A DNA stretch of 64,000 bases from Bacteroidales bacterium. GTDB lineage: Bacteria; Bacteroidota; Bacteroidia; Bacteroidales; UBA3824. The notes under the pieces were generated by a model. The model was not told the DNA's origin. It saw only the letters and a list, made by a program, of their open reading frames with translations, and ran no database searches. The stretch covers positions 101,171 through 165,170 of the forward strand of contig JAFPYR010000098.1 in NCBI GenBank assembly GCA_017412115.1, in the 5' to 3' direction. Shown here piece after piece: positions 56,201-64,000 of the stretch (positions are counted from its first letter, which is position 1; every line of letters starts with the position of its first letter). The position numbers and the translations under genes are program-made.

Positions 56201-57481
56201 ACGCGTTGTAAAATTTTGAAATCCCGGTTTGTCTTTCTCCTTGAGGCTCAGTCCGCCCTCTATTTGTCCGACCCAAAGATTGCCGAAAGAATCAACATAA
56301 ACCGAATTTATCGCACCCGAAGGCAGTGAAGTTTTGTCAGAAACCGAATTTTGATAATTTTTAATATCAATAAGCGGACGAATCATCATATTAACACCGC
56401 CGCACTCAGTTCCAATCCAAAGGAGTTTGTCATCACAAAGTATGGTATTAACAAAATCGTTATTCAATGATTTATAATCATTTTCTTCGGAAGATTGCAA
56501 AATATGACGAAAATCATCCGTCATGGAATCATAAAAATTAAGCCCCTTTAAAGTAGATACAACGAGTCGCCCTTTGTTGTTGATTTTAAGGTCAGAAATC
56601 AAATTCTGAGAAAGAGATTTTTCGTTGTTTTCGTCGTGAAGATAGATTTTTAAGGTTTCGCTAATAGGATTAAACCTTACTAAACCGTTGTCAGTACCAA
56701 TCCAAAGTTCGTTTTCTTTTTCTATCATGCACTTAATATCGTTACACTCCAATTTCAAAAGGTTGGAATACGGTATAGCGATAAGTTCGCATTTGTCGGT
56801 CTGAATAATTTTGCAAACCACATTATTAATTCCGGCTAACATCTGCCCCTCAAACTCGTACATTGCAGCAATCTGCGAGGTAATTCTTTTTTCAGAACGT
56901 AACGTACTGATTCTCGAGATGTTACCATCGTTATCAAATTCAAATTTCGTTATGGAATTGAGCGAGGAAGCCCAAATGCTGCCTTGAGAATCTTTCACAA
57001 GTTTTATCGTAAGATTTGAAAAAATTCCCGAAACGTCCTCATTTTCTTTCAATATCGGACTTTTTTCATAATTTGAAAGATTCATTATATCAATACCGCT
57101 TTCAGAGCTTATCCAAAGGCGGTTAAAATTGTCTTCAACAACTTTTTTTACGAAATTGCTTTTCAGAGGATATTTACTGCGACTGTTAAAATGCATAAAA
57201 TCATAACCGTCATATCTTAAAAGTCCGCCTCCGACGGTTGCAAACCATACAAAACCTTTGCTGTCCTTGTAAATATCATCTACAAAATTATTTGTAAGAC
57301 CGTTATTAACAGTTATGTAAGAAAACAAATATTTAGCGGCAAAATCATCTTTGGTTTGAGCGCAAATATTTGTTTTAAAGGATATTAAAAATATAATCAG
57401 TAATAAAGGATTTTTTTTCATTGCTAAAACTTTATAAGGCAAATATAATGATTTTAATTGAGGAAAACAAATTTTTTTCAT
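53210..57481 (-). CDS. Hybrid two-component system (HTCS) sensor kinase/response regulator with AraC-type HTH
   Basis: Beta-propeller/Y_Y_Y sensor repeats. TM WWFILLVAAFALFVV. H-box ITHEFRTPLT. HATPase motifs DTGKGI and GTGIGL. Receiver VLVVEDN...SDLMMPEMDG...LTAK. AraC HTH. An alternative start at 57421 (MKKNPLLLIIFLISF) gives a cleaner signal peptide. Confidence 0.9.
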   Translation of the reverse strand: MKKICFPQLKSLYLPYKVLAMKKNPLLLIIFLISFKTNICAQTKDDFAAKYLFSYITVNNGLTNNFVDDIYKDSKGFVWFATVGGGLLRYDGYDFMHFNSRSKYPLKSNFVKKVVEDNFNRLWISSESGIDIMNLSNYEKSPILKENEDVSGIFSNLTIKLVKDSQGSIWASSLNSITKFEFDNDGNISRISTLRSEKRITSQIAAMYEFEGQMLAGINNVVCKIIQTDKCELIAIPYSNLLKLECNDIKCMIEKENELWIGTDNGLVRFNPISETLKIYLHDENNEKSLSQNLISDLKINNKGRLVVSTLKGLNFYDSMTDDFRHILQSSEENDYKSLNNDFVNTILCDDKLLWIGTECGGVNMMIRPLIDIKNYQNSVSDKTSLPSGAINSVYVDSFGNLWVGQIEGGLSLKEKDKPGFQNFTTRNGLSHNSVSYISEIDDDKLLLGTWGGGLTVFDKKLKRGILTVNPETLEGAPRSGVNIHFVGVAIKDTINNGFWVGSTAGIYFYDYNTNTFSEPLPRALTERIGGCLGAAVAKNGMLYLGTSAGFLTVDLNTVKSGIKYTFQMPERNKHETDFLNKITFILCHSSGQIYLGINGYGLVKYNGEKYTFITTDNGLSHDIVSQLAEDFSHCIWVATSNGINCYSPETERIMNYYEQEGLCDNQFFWNGCFSSEELGKMYFGAMHGLVEIDSKRYSNTQGSSKVFITNLSVDGHDIYPGETSILDTDIISAEEINLHESNTTVKFDFSTFNYHAPWAVVYQYKLEGYDEDWNLLSRNSRSALYTNLPSGNYVLKVRTAWGANSFSVPKELKIHVSSYFYKRWWFILLVAAFALFVVNTLIHWRIRSLKHQKEILEEKVNQRTSALENKSEELSRQNEILFRQNEEISRQKNQMEKMTEKIQELTVDKLAFFTNITHEFRTPLTLIIGPIERALKLSTNPKVIEQLNFVNNNSKHLLSLVNQLMDFRKVESGNMPIFLKPGNFLTFLEDIILPFRALAEERKVSILSYSRFGNPYIMFDREAMTKILTNLIGNALKFTPEGGKISVYAAVLKEPDIVYICVSDTGKGIVKDDIEKIFNSFYQSKNQNDNYSVNQQGTGIGLYVCKRLANLLGGDIFAKNNHKNGASFRMKIPLVNVETQEAAPVSSIIEGISVNEYDDSIDDQIPEDSSYRLCVLVVEDNVEMRKYIRSILSDTYAVVEASDGKNALQVLKNHTVDLILSDLMMPEMDGKQLAEAVKADINISHIPIIILTAKTSRDSQLESFRSGVDDYIIKPFDEAILKAKILTLVENRRKYQQRFKSDMDIESLNIPEDSSDKKFIDKALKIIKENYKDSEFDISELAEAMMVSKTMLNKKMQALTKQTAGQFIRNYRLKIAHDLIIKNKITRNMNISEIAYEVGFNDPKYFTRCFTKHFGISPSSVD

Positions 57482-60400
57482 ATCGCATTGTTTTCGGAAA
57501 ATTCGCTGACACGTATGCCGAAAACGGTAATATCATCGGTTTGTTTGCGAGTGCCACGCCATGAAGACAAAGTATTTTCCAAATCAGATTTTTGAAGCGA
57601 AATATCATGTCTTGAAATTCGGGTCAAAAGTTCGGTAAAATCTTTTTGAGAATATTTTCTGTTTTCAGCAATACCGAACTGATCCGCATAACCGTCGGAA
57701 GATAAATATACCATATCGTTTTTACAGAGCGTAAACTCCTGATTTTCAAAACTGTTCTGAATCGGATAAAGTCCTATCGGACATCGTGTAGGTTTCAATG
57801 TTATCAACTTGCCAGACCTACATATAAAAAGCGGAATATTAGCACCCGAATACACTAATTTGTCGGACTGAAAATTCTTGAAAATCATACAAATATCCAA
57901 ACCGTCCCTTAAAATCAAGGAATTGCTCAAGGTTGCAATAATTCTTTTTCTAAGCTCCTCCAACACATCTTTCGGAGTGTAAGTGCGGTATGTTACACCG
58001 AAAATATCATTCAACAAACTTATCGCCAAAACGCTCATCAACGCTCCCGGAATACCATGTCCCGTACAGTCACCGACCGCACAAACCAAACCGTTTGCCG
58101 TTGTGCAGACGTAAATAAAATCACCGCCCACAACATCCCTCGGACTATACAAAATAAAACTATTAGGAATATAATTTGAAATAGTTTCAAACGAGGATTT
58201 GAGCAACGCCTCTTGAATACGTTTTGCATAATTTAGGCTCTCCGTAATGCCGCGGTGATTGGCCTCAATGACATTCTTCTGAACTTTGGTCTGCTCCAAA
58301 GAATTCATAAGGTCTTGAGTTAAAGTATTTAACTGCTGCTCGTGAAGTTTTCTCTCCGTAATGTTGCGGCAAATACCTTCAAAACCGGCAAATTTCCCCT
58401 CATTGTCGGTATAAGCCGTAATCGAAGCCTCGCAATAAATATTTTTGCCATTGCGGTTGCGCATCTTGAAAGCATAATTTTTAACACGTCTTGAATGTGC
58501 CAAATCCGGCCAATTAATGTCGGTATCAATCACGTCAAAGACTTTTTTGCCGACAATTTCATTAGAAGAATTAACACCGATAAAATCGCACAAGGCAGGA
58601 TTAACTTTCAAAATCCTACCCGCCATATCCGTCCTAATATATGCGTCGCTGAAATTAGTTAAAGTGTTTTCAAACTGATTGTTGTTGTCCTTGAGAATTT
58701 GCTCGTAAAGTTTCCTACTGCTAATATCAACCATAAAACCGATGATTCCCAACGTTTTACCGTTATCAGAGAAGGGCACTTGCGATACGGAATACCATTT
58801 ACCGTTGTCATTAACACTGCGGATAAAAATCTCCTGATTAATATAACTTACTCCAGTTTTCAAGATGTCCCAATCCTGTTTTACCATGAGGTCGAACTGA
58901 GAATCAAGCGGAATTTCTTCGGCTCTGCGTCCCGTGATTTTGTCTAATGTTACACCCAAACCATCGGTAAACATCGTGTTAGCCAAAATAAAACGGTTGG
59001 AAACATCTTTCATAAAAATCTTTGCAGGCATGGTCTCAAGCAAAGTTCTCATCTGAGAAAGAGTATTTTTTAAGCGGCGTTCGCTTTTGAGAGCCTCCGT
59101 TACATCGCGGCTCACGCCCAAAAAATCCAAATGTCCGTAAGGGTCGATTATCGTTGAAACAACCGATTCCAACTCCTTGACTTCTCCATTTTTACAAATC
59201 GTTAAACACTTAAATCTATGATTTACGGTTTCGATATTCTCCTTTGAAATCCTTGCCGCACGCTGCAAAATTCTTTCCGTAGAATCCTCAGAAAGAATAT
59301 CGCGAAGATTCATTTTCAAAAATTCCGTCTGAGTATAACCGAGTTGCTGCGAAACGGCTTTGCTGACATAATTTATATCCAAAGTTGTTGCATCAACCTT
59401 CCAAATCATATCGGCGGTATTTTCGGCAATCATACGGTATTTACTTTCGGAATCGGAAAGACGTTTCAAAATCGTTCTGTGTTCGGAAATATCCCTTGTA
59501 ATGGCAATTATTTCGCTGTGTCCGGCAGTATTGTTTTGAGATAATGTTATCGCTAATTCTATATCAAGATAACTATGGTCGTAACATTTTATCTTACAAT
59601 CAAAACGCAAATTGTTTTGAAGTGTCAAAAAGTCGTCGTTTTTTGACATCTTTTGCGAGAAAAAATGTCTGATTTTATGATAAGAAACCTCGTCAAACAA
59701 ATCCGATAACGACATTTTCATAACCTCGGCTTGCGTAAAGCCCAAAAGATTTTTAACGGCGGGACTTACAAAAACGATTTTCTTGAGTTTATAATCATAA
59801 ATCCAAATAACGTCGCTGCAATTTTCAACGATAACAGAATATTTTCTGTTGATTTCCCTTAACTCGTCCTCATAATAGTTTTTCTGTCCTGCATCTTCAA
59901 AAACGGCAGTATAACCCGTTACAAAACCGTTATTTTTTATAGGCGAAAACGTAGAGCTAAGTTTCAAAAGCGAATTATCCTTTCTAATACAATACAAAAT
60001 GCCTTTCCAAGCCGTTCCTGAGGAAAGTCTGCGCCAAAAGTCATAATTAAAAATTGAGGCTCCCGTTTCGTTCACAAACAAAGTAGGCTGATTTTCAATA
60101 AGTTCTTCTTTGGAATAACCCGAAGCGTTTTCAAAACTGCGGTTCGTAAAAGTGATTTTCCCAAGAGGATCAGTCATTATAATTCCGGCATAATTCTGAG
60201 AAACAGCCTCATAAAACGGTTTCAAATCCTTGTCAGAAATTTCATTCGTAACTACTTGAAGCGTAGGCAGTTTGTCGGATTTTAGATCGTTATCTTTTAA
60301 GTCATCACCCTTAACGGAATTAGCTTTGCAAATTATTGAACCCGTAATAAAGAAAATCACCAATCCAAAAACAAAAAATATGATGTAAACTTTGTAGATA

Positions 60401-61092
60401 ATACCTAAAACATGATTGTAATTCTTTGAAAATTCGTAACTTACATAACCGAAAGTTTGTTTTTCGGGAGATAAAAGAGCAAATTTGTAAAGATAATCAT
60501 CGAAACAGAAATTCAACGTATCCTGGCCCATCAATAGTTTGTAACCCTGACCATCGGCAACATTAACACATTCTACTGCAACAAAATAGCCATAATCCAC
60601 GGGTTGCGTTTTGTCGGTTTTTCTAAGCCTTGCCACCATAATAAGATAAACAGAGCCGTCAACCACACTATAATATTTTATAATATTGTGATAATAAAGT
60701 TCTCTGATAAATTTTCCCGCATCAGAAACCAAAACAGAATCCAAATTCGCATTCTCATAATTAGAAAACACAACCTCCCCTACTCTATTCATCAAAGCAA
60801 CCCCCGAAAGATTATAATCATTAACCACAGAATAAACGTTTTGCTCCGCCCAAAGCGTATCATGAGTCTCTATAAGGTCGATTATTTCATCATAAGAAGA
60901 ATAATCGTAAACAATATCCTCTACCCTTTTCTCATGATTCAATATTGTATAAATCAAATTAGACCGTTCCGTTTCGGCAGCGTATGTCTTGATGACTTCC
61001 GTCAGCCACACAAAAAAGAACGATAAAAGCGAAAATATTAATATTCCGACCAATATGATTCTTACTTTTTTCATCTTATTAAAAAAAGTCAT
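57478..61092 (-). CDS. Membrane sensor with multiple PAS domains and a C-terminal PP2C/SpoIIE phosphatase domain
   Basis: N-terminal TM, a periplasmic segment and a second TM (IIFFVFGLVIFFITGSII). At least four PAS-like modules (e.g. GIIMTDPLGKITFTNRSFENASGYSKEEL; MIWKVDATTLDINYVSKAVSQQLGYTQTEF). PP2C motifs GGDFIY, GDCTGHGIPGALMS, DGLD, SDGYADQFG and DDITVFGIRV. Confidence 0.88.
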   Translation of the reverse strand: MTFFNKMKKVRIILVGILIFSLLSFFFVWLTEVIKTYAAETERSNLIYTILNHEKRVEDIVYDYSSYDEIIDLIETHDTLWAEQNVYSVVNDYNLSGVALMNRVGEVVFSNYENANLDSVLVSDAGKFIRELYYHNIIKYYSVVDGSVYLIMVARLRKTDKTQPVDYGYFVAVECVNVADGQGYKLLMGQDTLNFCFDDYLYKFALLSPEKQTFGYVSYEFSKNYNHVLGIIYKVYIIFFVFGLVIFFITGSIICKANSVKGDDLKDNDLKSDKLPTLQVVTNEISDKDLKPFYEAVSQNYAGIIMTDPLGKITFTNRSFENASGYSKEELIENQPTLFVNETGASIFNYDFWRRLSSGTAWKGILYCIRKDNSLLKLSSTFSPIKNNGFVTGYTAVFEDAGQKNYYEDELREINRKYSVIVENCSDVIWIYDYKLKKIVFVSPAVKNLLGFTQAEVMKMSLSDLFDEVSYHKIRHFFSQKMSKNDDFLTLQNNLRFDCKIKCYDHSYLDIELAITLSQNNTAGHSEIIAITRDISEHRTILKRLSDSESKYRMIAENTADMIWKVDATTLDINYVSKAVSQQLGYTQTEFLKMNLRDILSEDSTERILQRAARISKENIETVNHRFKCLTICKNGEVKELESVVSTIIDPYGHLDFLGVSRDVTEALKSERRLKNTLSQMRTLLETMPAKIFMKDVSNRFILANTMFTDGLGVTLDKITGRRAEEIPLDSQFDLMVKQDWDILKTGVSYINQEIFIRSVNDNGKWYSVSQVPFSDNGKTLGIIGFMVDISSRKLYEQILKDNNNQFENTLTNFSDAYIRTDMAGRILKVNPALCDFIGVNSSNEIVGKKVFDVIDTDINWPDLAHSRRVKNYAFKMRNRNGKNIYCEASITAYTDNEGKFAGFEGICRNITERKLHEQQLNTLTQDLMNSLEQTKVQKNVIEANHRGITESLNYAKRIQEALLKSSFETISNYIPNSFILYSPRDVVGGDFIYVCTTANGLVCAVGDCTGHGIPGALMSVLAISLLNDIFGVTYRTYTPKDVLEELRKRIIATLSNSLILRDGLDICMIFKNFQSDKLVYSGANIPLFICRSGKLITLKPTRCPIGLYPIQNSFENQEFTLCKNDMVYLSSDGYADQFGIAENRKYSQKDFTELLTRISRHDISLQKSDLENTLSSWRGTRKQTDDITVFGIRVSEFSENNAI

Positions 61093-61135
61093 AAAATATT
61101 TTCGGTAAAGATATAAATTTTTTAAATAAAAATAC

Positions 61136-61143
61136 TAACTTTG
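61136..61143 (+). promoter_or_regulatory. Candidate -7 element taactttg for alaS
   Basis: It matches TAnnTTTG 30 nt upstream of ATG 61173. Confidence 0.4.
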
Positions 61144-61172
61144 CGCAATAATTTTTTAAGGATTTTTTTAAA

Positions 61173-63797
61173 ATGATGACTTCAAAAGAAATACGCAAAG
61201 CCTTTTTGGATTTTTTTGCGAACAAAGACCATAAAATAGTGCCTTCTGCACCGATGGTCGTAAAAAATGACCCGACTTTGATGTTTACAAATGCGGGAAT
61301 GAATCAGTTTAAAGATATTTTCTTGGGAAACGAACCCGCAAAATATAAACGTGTTGCCGATTCCCAAAAATGTTTAAGGGTTTCAGGAAAACACAACGAC
61401 CTCGAAGAAGTCGGACACGACACCTACCATCACACTATGTTTGAAATGTTAGGTAACTGGTCGTTCGGAGATTATTTCAAAAAAGAAATTATTGATTGGG
61501 CTTGGGAATTTTTGACCGAAGTCGTTAAATTGGACAAAAACAGACTTTACGCCACCGTTTTTGAAGGCGCACAAGACGAAAACCTTTCACCCGACGAGGA
61601 GGCTAAATCATATTGGCTCAAACATTTACCCGCAGAACGCGTTATCATGGGCAACAAACATGACAACTTCTGGGAAATGGGCGCAACAGGTCCCTGCGGT
61701 CCTTGCAGCGAAATTCATATCGACCTGCGCAGCGAAGAAGAACGCAAAAAAGTTCCCGGCGTAGAACTCGTAAATCAATCTCACCCACAAGTTATCGAAA
61801 TTTGGAACTTGGTTTTCATGCAGTTCAACCGCAAGGCTGACGGTAAACTTGAACCTCTACCCGCAAAACACGTTGATACAGGTATGGGATTTGAACGCCT
61901 TTGCATGGCTCTTCAAGGTAAACAATCAAATTACGATACGGATATTTTCCAACCCGTAATTCAGGAAATTGCACGTCTGACCGGCGTAAAATACGGCTCG
62001 TCTGAAGAAACCGACGTTGCCTCAAGAGTTATTGCCGATCATATCCGCGCTATCTCGTTCGCTATTGCCGACGGTCAGCTCCCATCTAATGCAAAAGCAG
62101 GTTATGTAATCCGCAGAATTTTAAGACGCGCTGTTCGTTATGCTTACACATTCTTAAATCAGAGCGAACCGTTTATGTACAAACTTTTGCCGGTTTTCAT
62201 CTCCGTTATGGGAGAGGCTTATCCCGAATTGGTGGCTCAAAAAGATATTATCGAAAAAGTAATGATTGAGGAAGAAACCTCATTCTTGCGCACTTTGGAA
62301 ACAGGTATAAAACTTCTTGACAAGGTTGTAAACAAAGCTAAAAGCGAAAACAAAACCGAAATTGACGGCAAAACCGTTTTTGAACTTTATGACACTTACG
62401 GTTTCCCGCTCGATTTAACGGAACTTATCCTCAAAGAAAAGAACCTGACTCACAATCAAAAAGAATTCGAAGCCGAACTTTCAAAACAAAAAGAACGTTC
62501 GCGTCAAGATGCAAAAATAGATTCTTCAGACTGGGTTGAAATCAATAGTTTTTCAACCGAAGACTTCACGGGTTACGACAACACAGAAGAAGAGGTTAAA
62601 ATCTGGCGTTACCGCAAAGTTGAAGCTAAAGGCAAAACTTATTATCAATTAGTTTTCAACAAGACTCCGTTCTACGGCGAAATGGGCGGTCAAGTCGGCG
62701 ACCAAGGTTATTTGGAATTCTCCGGCGAAAAAACTTATATCACTGACACTCAGAAAGAAAACGGATTATCAATCCACATCGTAAAAGAATTACCAAAGGA
62801 TTTAAACGTTACTTTCAAAGCCGTTGTAAACCAAGAAAAACGCGCCGCTTCGGAGGCTAACCACACGGCAACTCACCTCTTGGACGAAGCTTTAAGAACG
62901 ATACTCGGCACTCACGTTGAACAAAAAGGTTCTTTAGTTTGTCCCGATTATTTAAGATTCGACTTCTCACATTTTTCAAAACTCTCTGACGAAGAAATCG
63001 AAACCGTAGAAAAATTCGTAAACGAAAAAATCCGTCAGGCAATCGATTTGGAAGAATACCGCGATATGCCTATCGACGAGGCTAAAGCCAAAGGCGCTAT
63101 CGCTCTTTTCGGCGAAAAATACGGAGATAAAGTACGTGTCGTAAAATTCGGCTCGTCAGTAGAACTTTGCGGCGGTTGCCACGCTCAAAACACAGGAAAA
63201 ATCGGATTTTTCAAAATCATAACCGAAACCGCTATCGCCTCCGGCGTGCGCAGAATCGAAGCTTTAACCGGCAAAGCAGCTGAAGATTTCGTCAGAAAAC
63301 AATGCGCCGTTGCCTCAGAACTCAAACTCACGTTCAAAGCCAAAACAGAACAAGCAGCTCTCGAGTCTGTAAAAGCATTAATCGATGAAAACGCAGCTCT
63401 GAAAAAACAAATCGACAATTTGGAACACGAAAAATTAGCTTCCGTAAAAGAAAATTTGTTGAAATCATCAAAACAAATCAGCGGTGTTAACGTTATCGCC
63501 GAAATTGTTACCGTAAGCAACAAAGATCTTTTAAAAGACCTCTCGTTCCAACTCCGTCAACAATTAGAAAACTCATACATCGTTCTCGGTGCATTAATAG
63601 ACAACAAACCACTATTGTCCGTTATTATGACTGACAACATCGTCAAAGAACACTCCCTCAACGCTGGCGCAATCGTTAAAGAAGCCGGTAAGGAAATTCT
63701 CGGCGGTGGCGGCGGTCAAGCATTCTACGCAACCGCCGGCGGTAAAAAACCTGAAGGTCTTCAAGCCGCTATTAATAAAGCTGTTGCAATGATATAA
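61173..63797 (+). CDS. alaS: Alanine--tRNA ligase
   Basis: [60 protein letters not shown], editing-domain HTATHLL and CGGCH, and a C-terminal DHHA1-like [14 protein letters not shown]. Confidence 0.95.
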   Translation: MMTSKEIRKAFLDFFANKDHKIVPSAPMVVKNDPTLMFTNAGMNQFKDIFLGNEPAKYKRVADSQKCLRVSGKHNDLEEVGHDTYHHTMFEMLGNWSFGDYFKKEIIDWAWEFLTEVVKLDKNRLYATVFEGAQDENLSPDEEAKSYWLKHLPAERVIMGNKHDNFWEMGATGPCGPCSEIHIDLRSEEERKKVPGVELVNQSHPQVIEIWNLVFMQFNRKADGKLEPLPAKHVDTGMGFERLCMALQGKQSNYDTDIFQPVIQEIARLTGVKYGSSEETDVASRVIADHIRAISFAIADGQLPSNAKAGYVIRRILRRAVRYAYTFLNQSEPFMYKLLPVFISVMGEAYPELVAQKDIIEKVMIEEETSFLRTLETGIKLLDKVVNKAKSENKTEIDGKTVFELYDTYGFPLDLTELILKEKNLTHNQKEFEAELSKQKERSRQDAKIDSSDWVEINSFSTEDFTGYDNTEEEVKIWRYRKVEAKGKTYYQLVFNKTPFYGEMGGQVGDQGYLEFSGEKTYITDTQKENGLSIHIVKELPKDLNVTFKAVVNQEKRAASEANHTATHLLDEALRTILGTHVEQKGSLVCPDYLRFDFSHFSKLSDEEIETVEKFVNEKIRQAIDLEEYRDMPIDEAKAKGAIALFGEKYGDKVRVVKFGSSVELCGGCHAQNTGKIGFFKIITETAIASGVRRIEALTGKAAEDFVRKQCAVASELKLTFKAKTEQAALESVKALIDENAALKKQIDNLEHEKLASVKENLLKSSKQISGVNVIAEIVTVSNKDLLKDLSFQLRQQLENSYIVLGALIDNKPLLSVIMTDNIVKEHSLNAGAIVKEAGKEILGGGGGQAFYATAGGKKPEGLQAAINKAVAMI

Positions 63798-63819
63798 AAC
63801 GCCTCATGCCGGCGGGGCA

Positions 63820-63960
63820 GTTCCCTTTTTTAAAAGGGAACCGGAAAACTTCTGTGAGATATAAAAAAGGGAAAGCCTTTAGGGGCTTTCCCTTTTTTAT
63901 ATCTCTTAAAAGTTCTTTGGTTCTTTCTTTCAAGAAAGAACGCCCCCGCGGCGAGCGGCA
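63820..63960 (+). repeat. Modular structured intergenic repeat, copy B (doubles as the alaS terminator hairpin)
   Basis: The flanking modules match copy A: gttccc...gggaaccggaaaactt on the left and aaaagttctttggttctttctttcaagaaagaacgcccccgcggcgagcggca on the right. The core is a different, long near-perfect hairpin (gagatataaaaaagggaaagcc / ggctttcccttttttatatctc). Confidence 0.85.
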
Positions 63961-64000
63961 TTATACCATTTTGCAAAAACTATTATACTAATAGTGGCGG

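Overview
A 64-kb chromosomal segment that looks like a low-GC Bacteroidota (Bacteroidales-like) genome. The evidence is SusC/SusD polysaccharide utilisation loci (PULs), two hybrid two-component sensors with AraC-type outputs, a type IX secretion (T9SS) C-terminal sorting domain with a PorQ/PorV-like barrel, lipoprotein signal peptides, and TAnnTTTG -7 promoter motifs in place of Shine-Dalgarno sites. Layout: (1) 1-5.1 kb is the 3' end of a xylan-type PUL: SusD-like (5' truncated by the window), an IPT/TIG surface lipoprotein, and a GH10 xylanase split by two tandem CBM modules. (2) 5.2-13.3 kb is a terminator-bounded block made only of unassigned genes. It holds a tight four-gene operon (77-aa protein, FIST-like protein, double zinc-ribbon membrane protein, 84-aa protein), a 678-bp AT-rich spacer carrying a self-contained antisense micro-gene for a 46-aa membrane peptide, and a 1360-aa RecQ-like helicase with two large unassigned domains followed by a tail-anchored coiled-coil protein. 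This is my best candidate for an undescribed system, possibly defence or genome surveillance. (3) 13.3-38.3 kb holds envelope and housekeeping genes: metallophosphoesterase, nucleotidyltransferase, PorQ/PorV-like barrel, pssA, a Tyr/His/Arg/Ser/Asn low-complexity secreted protein, SGNH hydrolase, PgpH-like 7TM-HD protein, FISUMP/Big_2 protein, T9SS cargo, plsC, an HTCS, a tandem thioredoxin-like protein, rlmN, an LRR protein, ispF, a TPR-PP2C phosphatase and nth. (4) 38.4-38.9 kb is a decayed AAA/DUF4143 ATPase pseudogene. (5) 39.1-51.3 kb is a second PUL: lipoprotein, SusC, SusD, two GH30 and a GH35. (6) 51.4-64 kb holds a membrane MutS-like ATPase, a second HTCS co-directional with a multi-PAS PP2C phosphatase, and alaS. 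Non-coding structure includes a modular hairpin repeat family present twice (after the second GH30 and after alaS) with one compensatory stem change, and an AYAATTG heptamer repeat motif at two loci. I recognised no rRNA, tRNA, CRISPR array, integrase or transposase. All calls come from reading motifs by eye; no database search was run.
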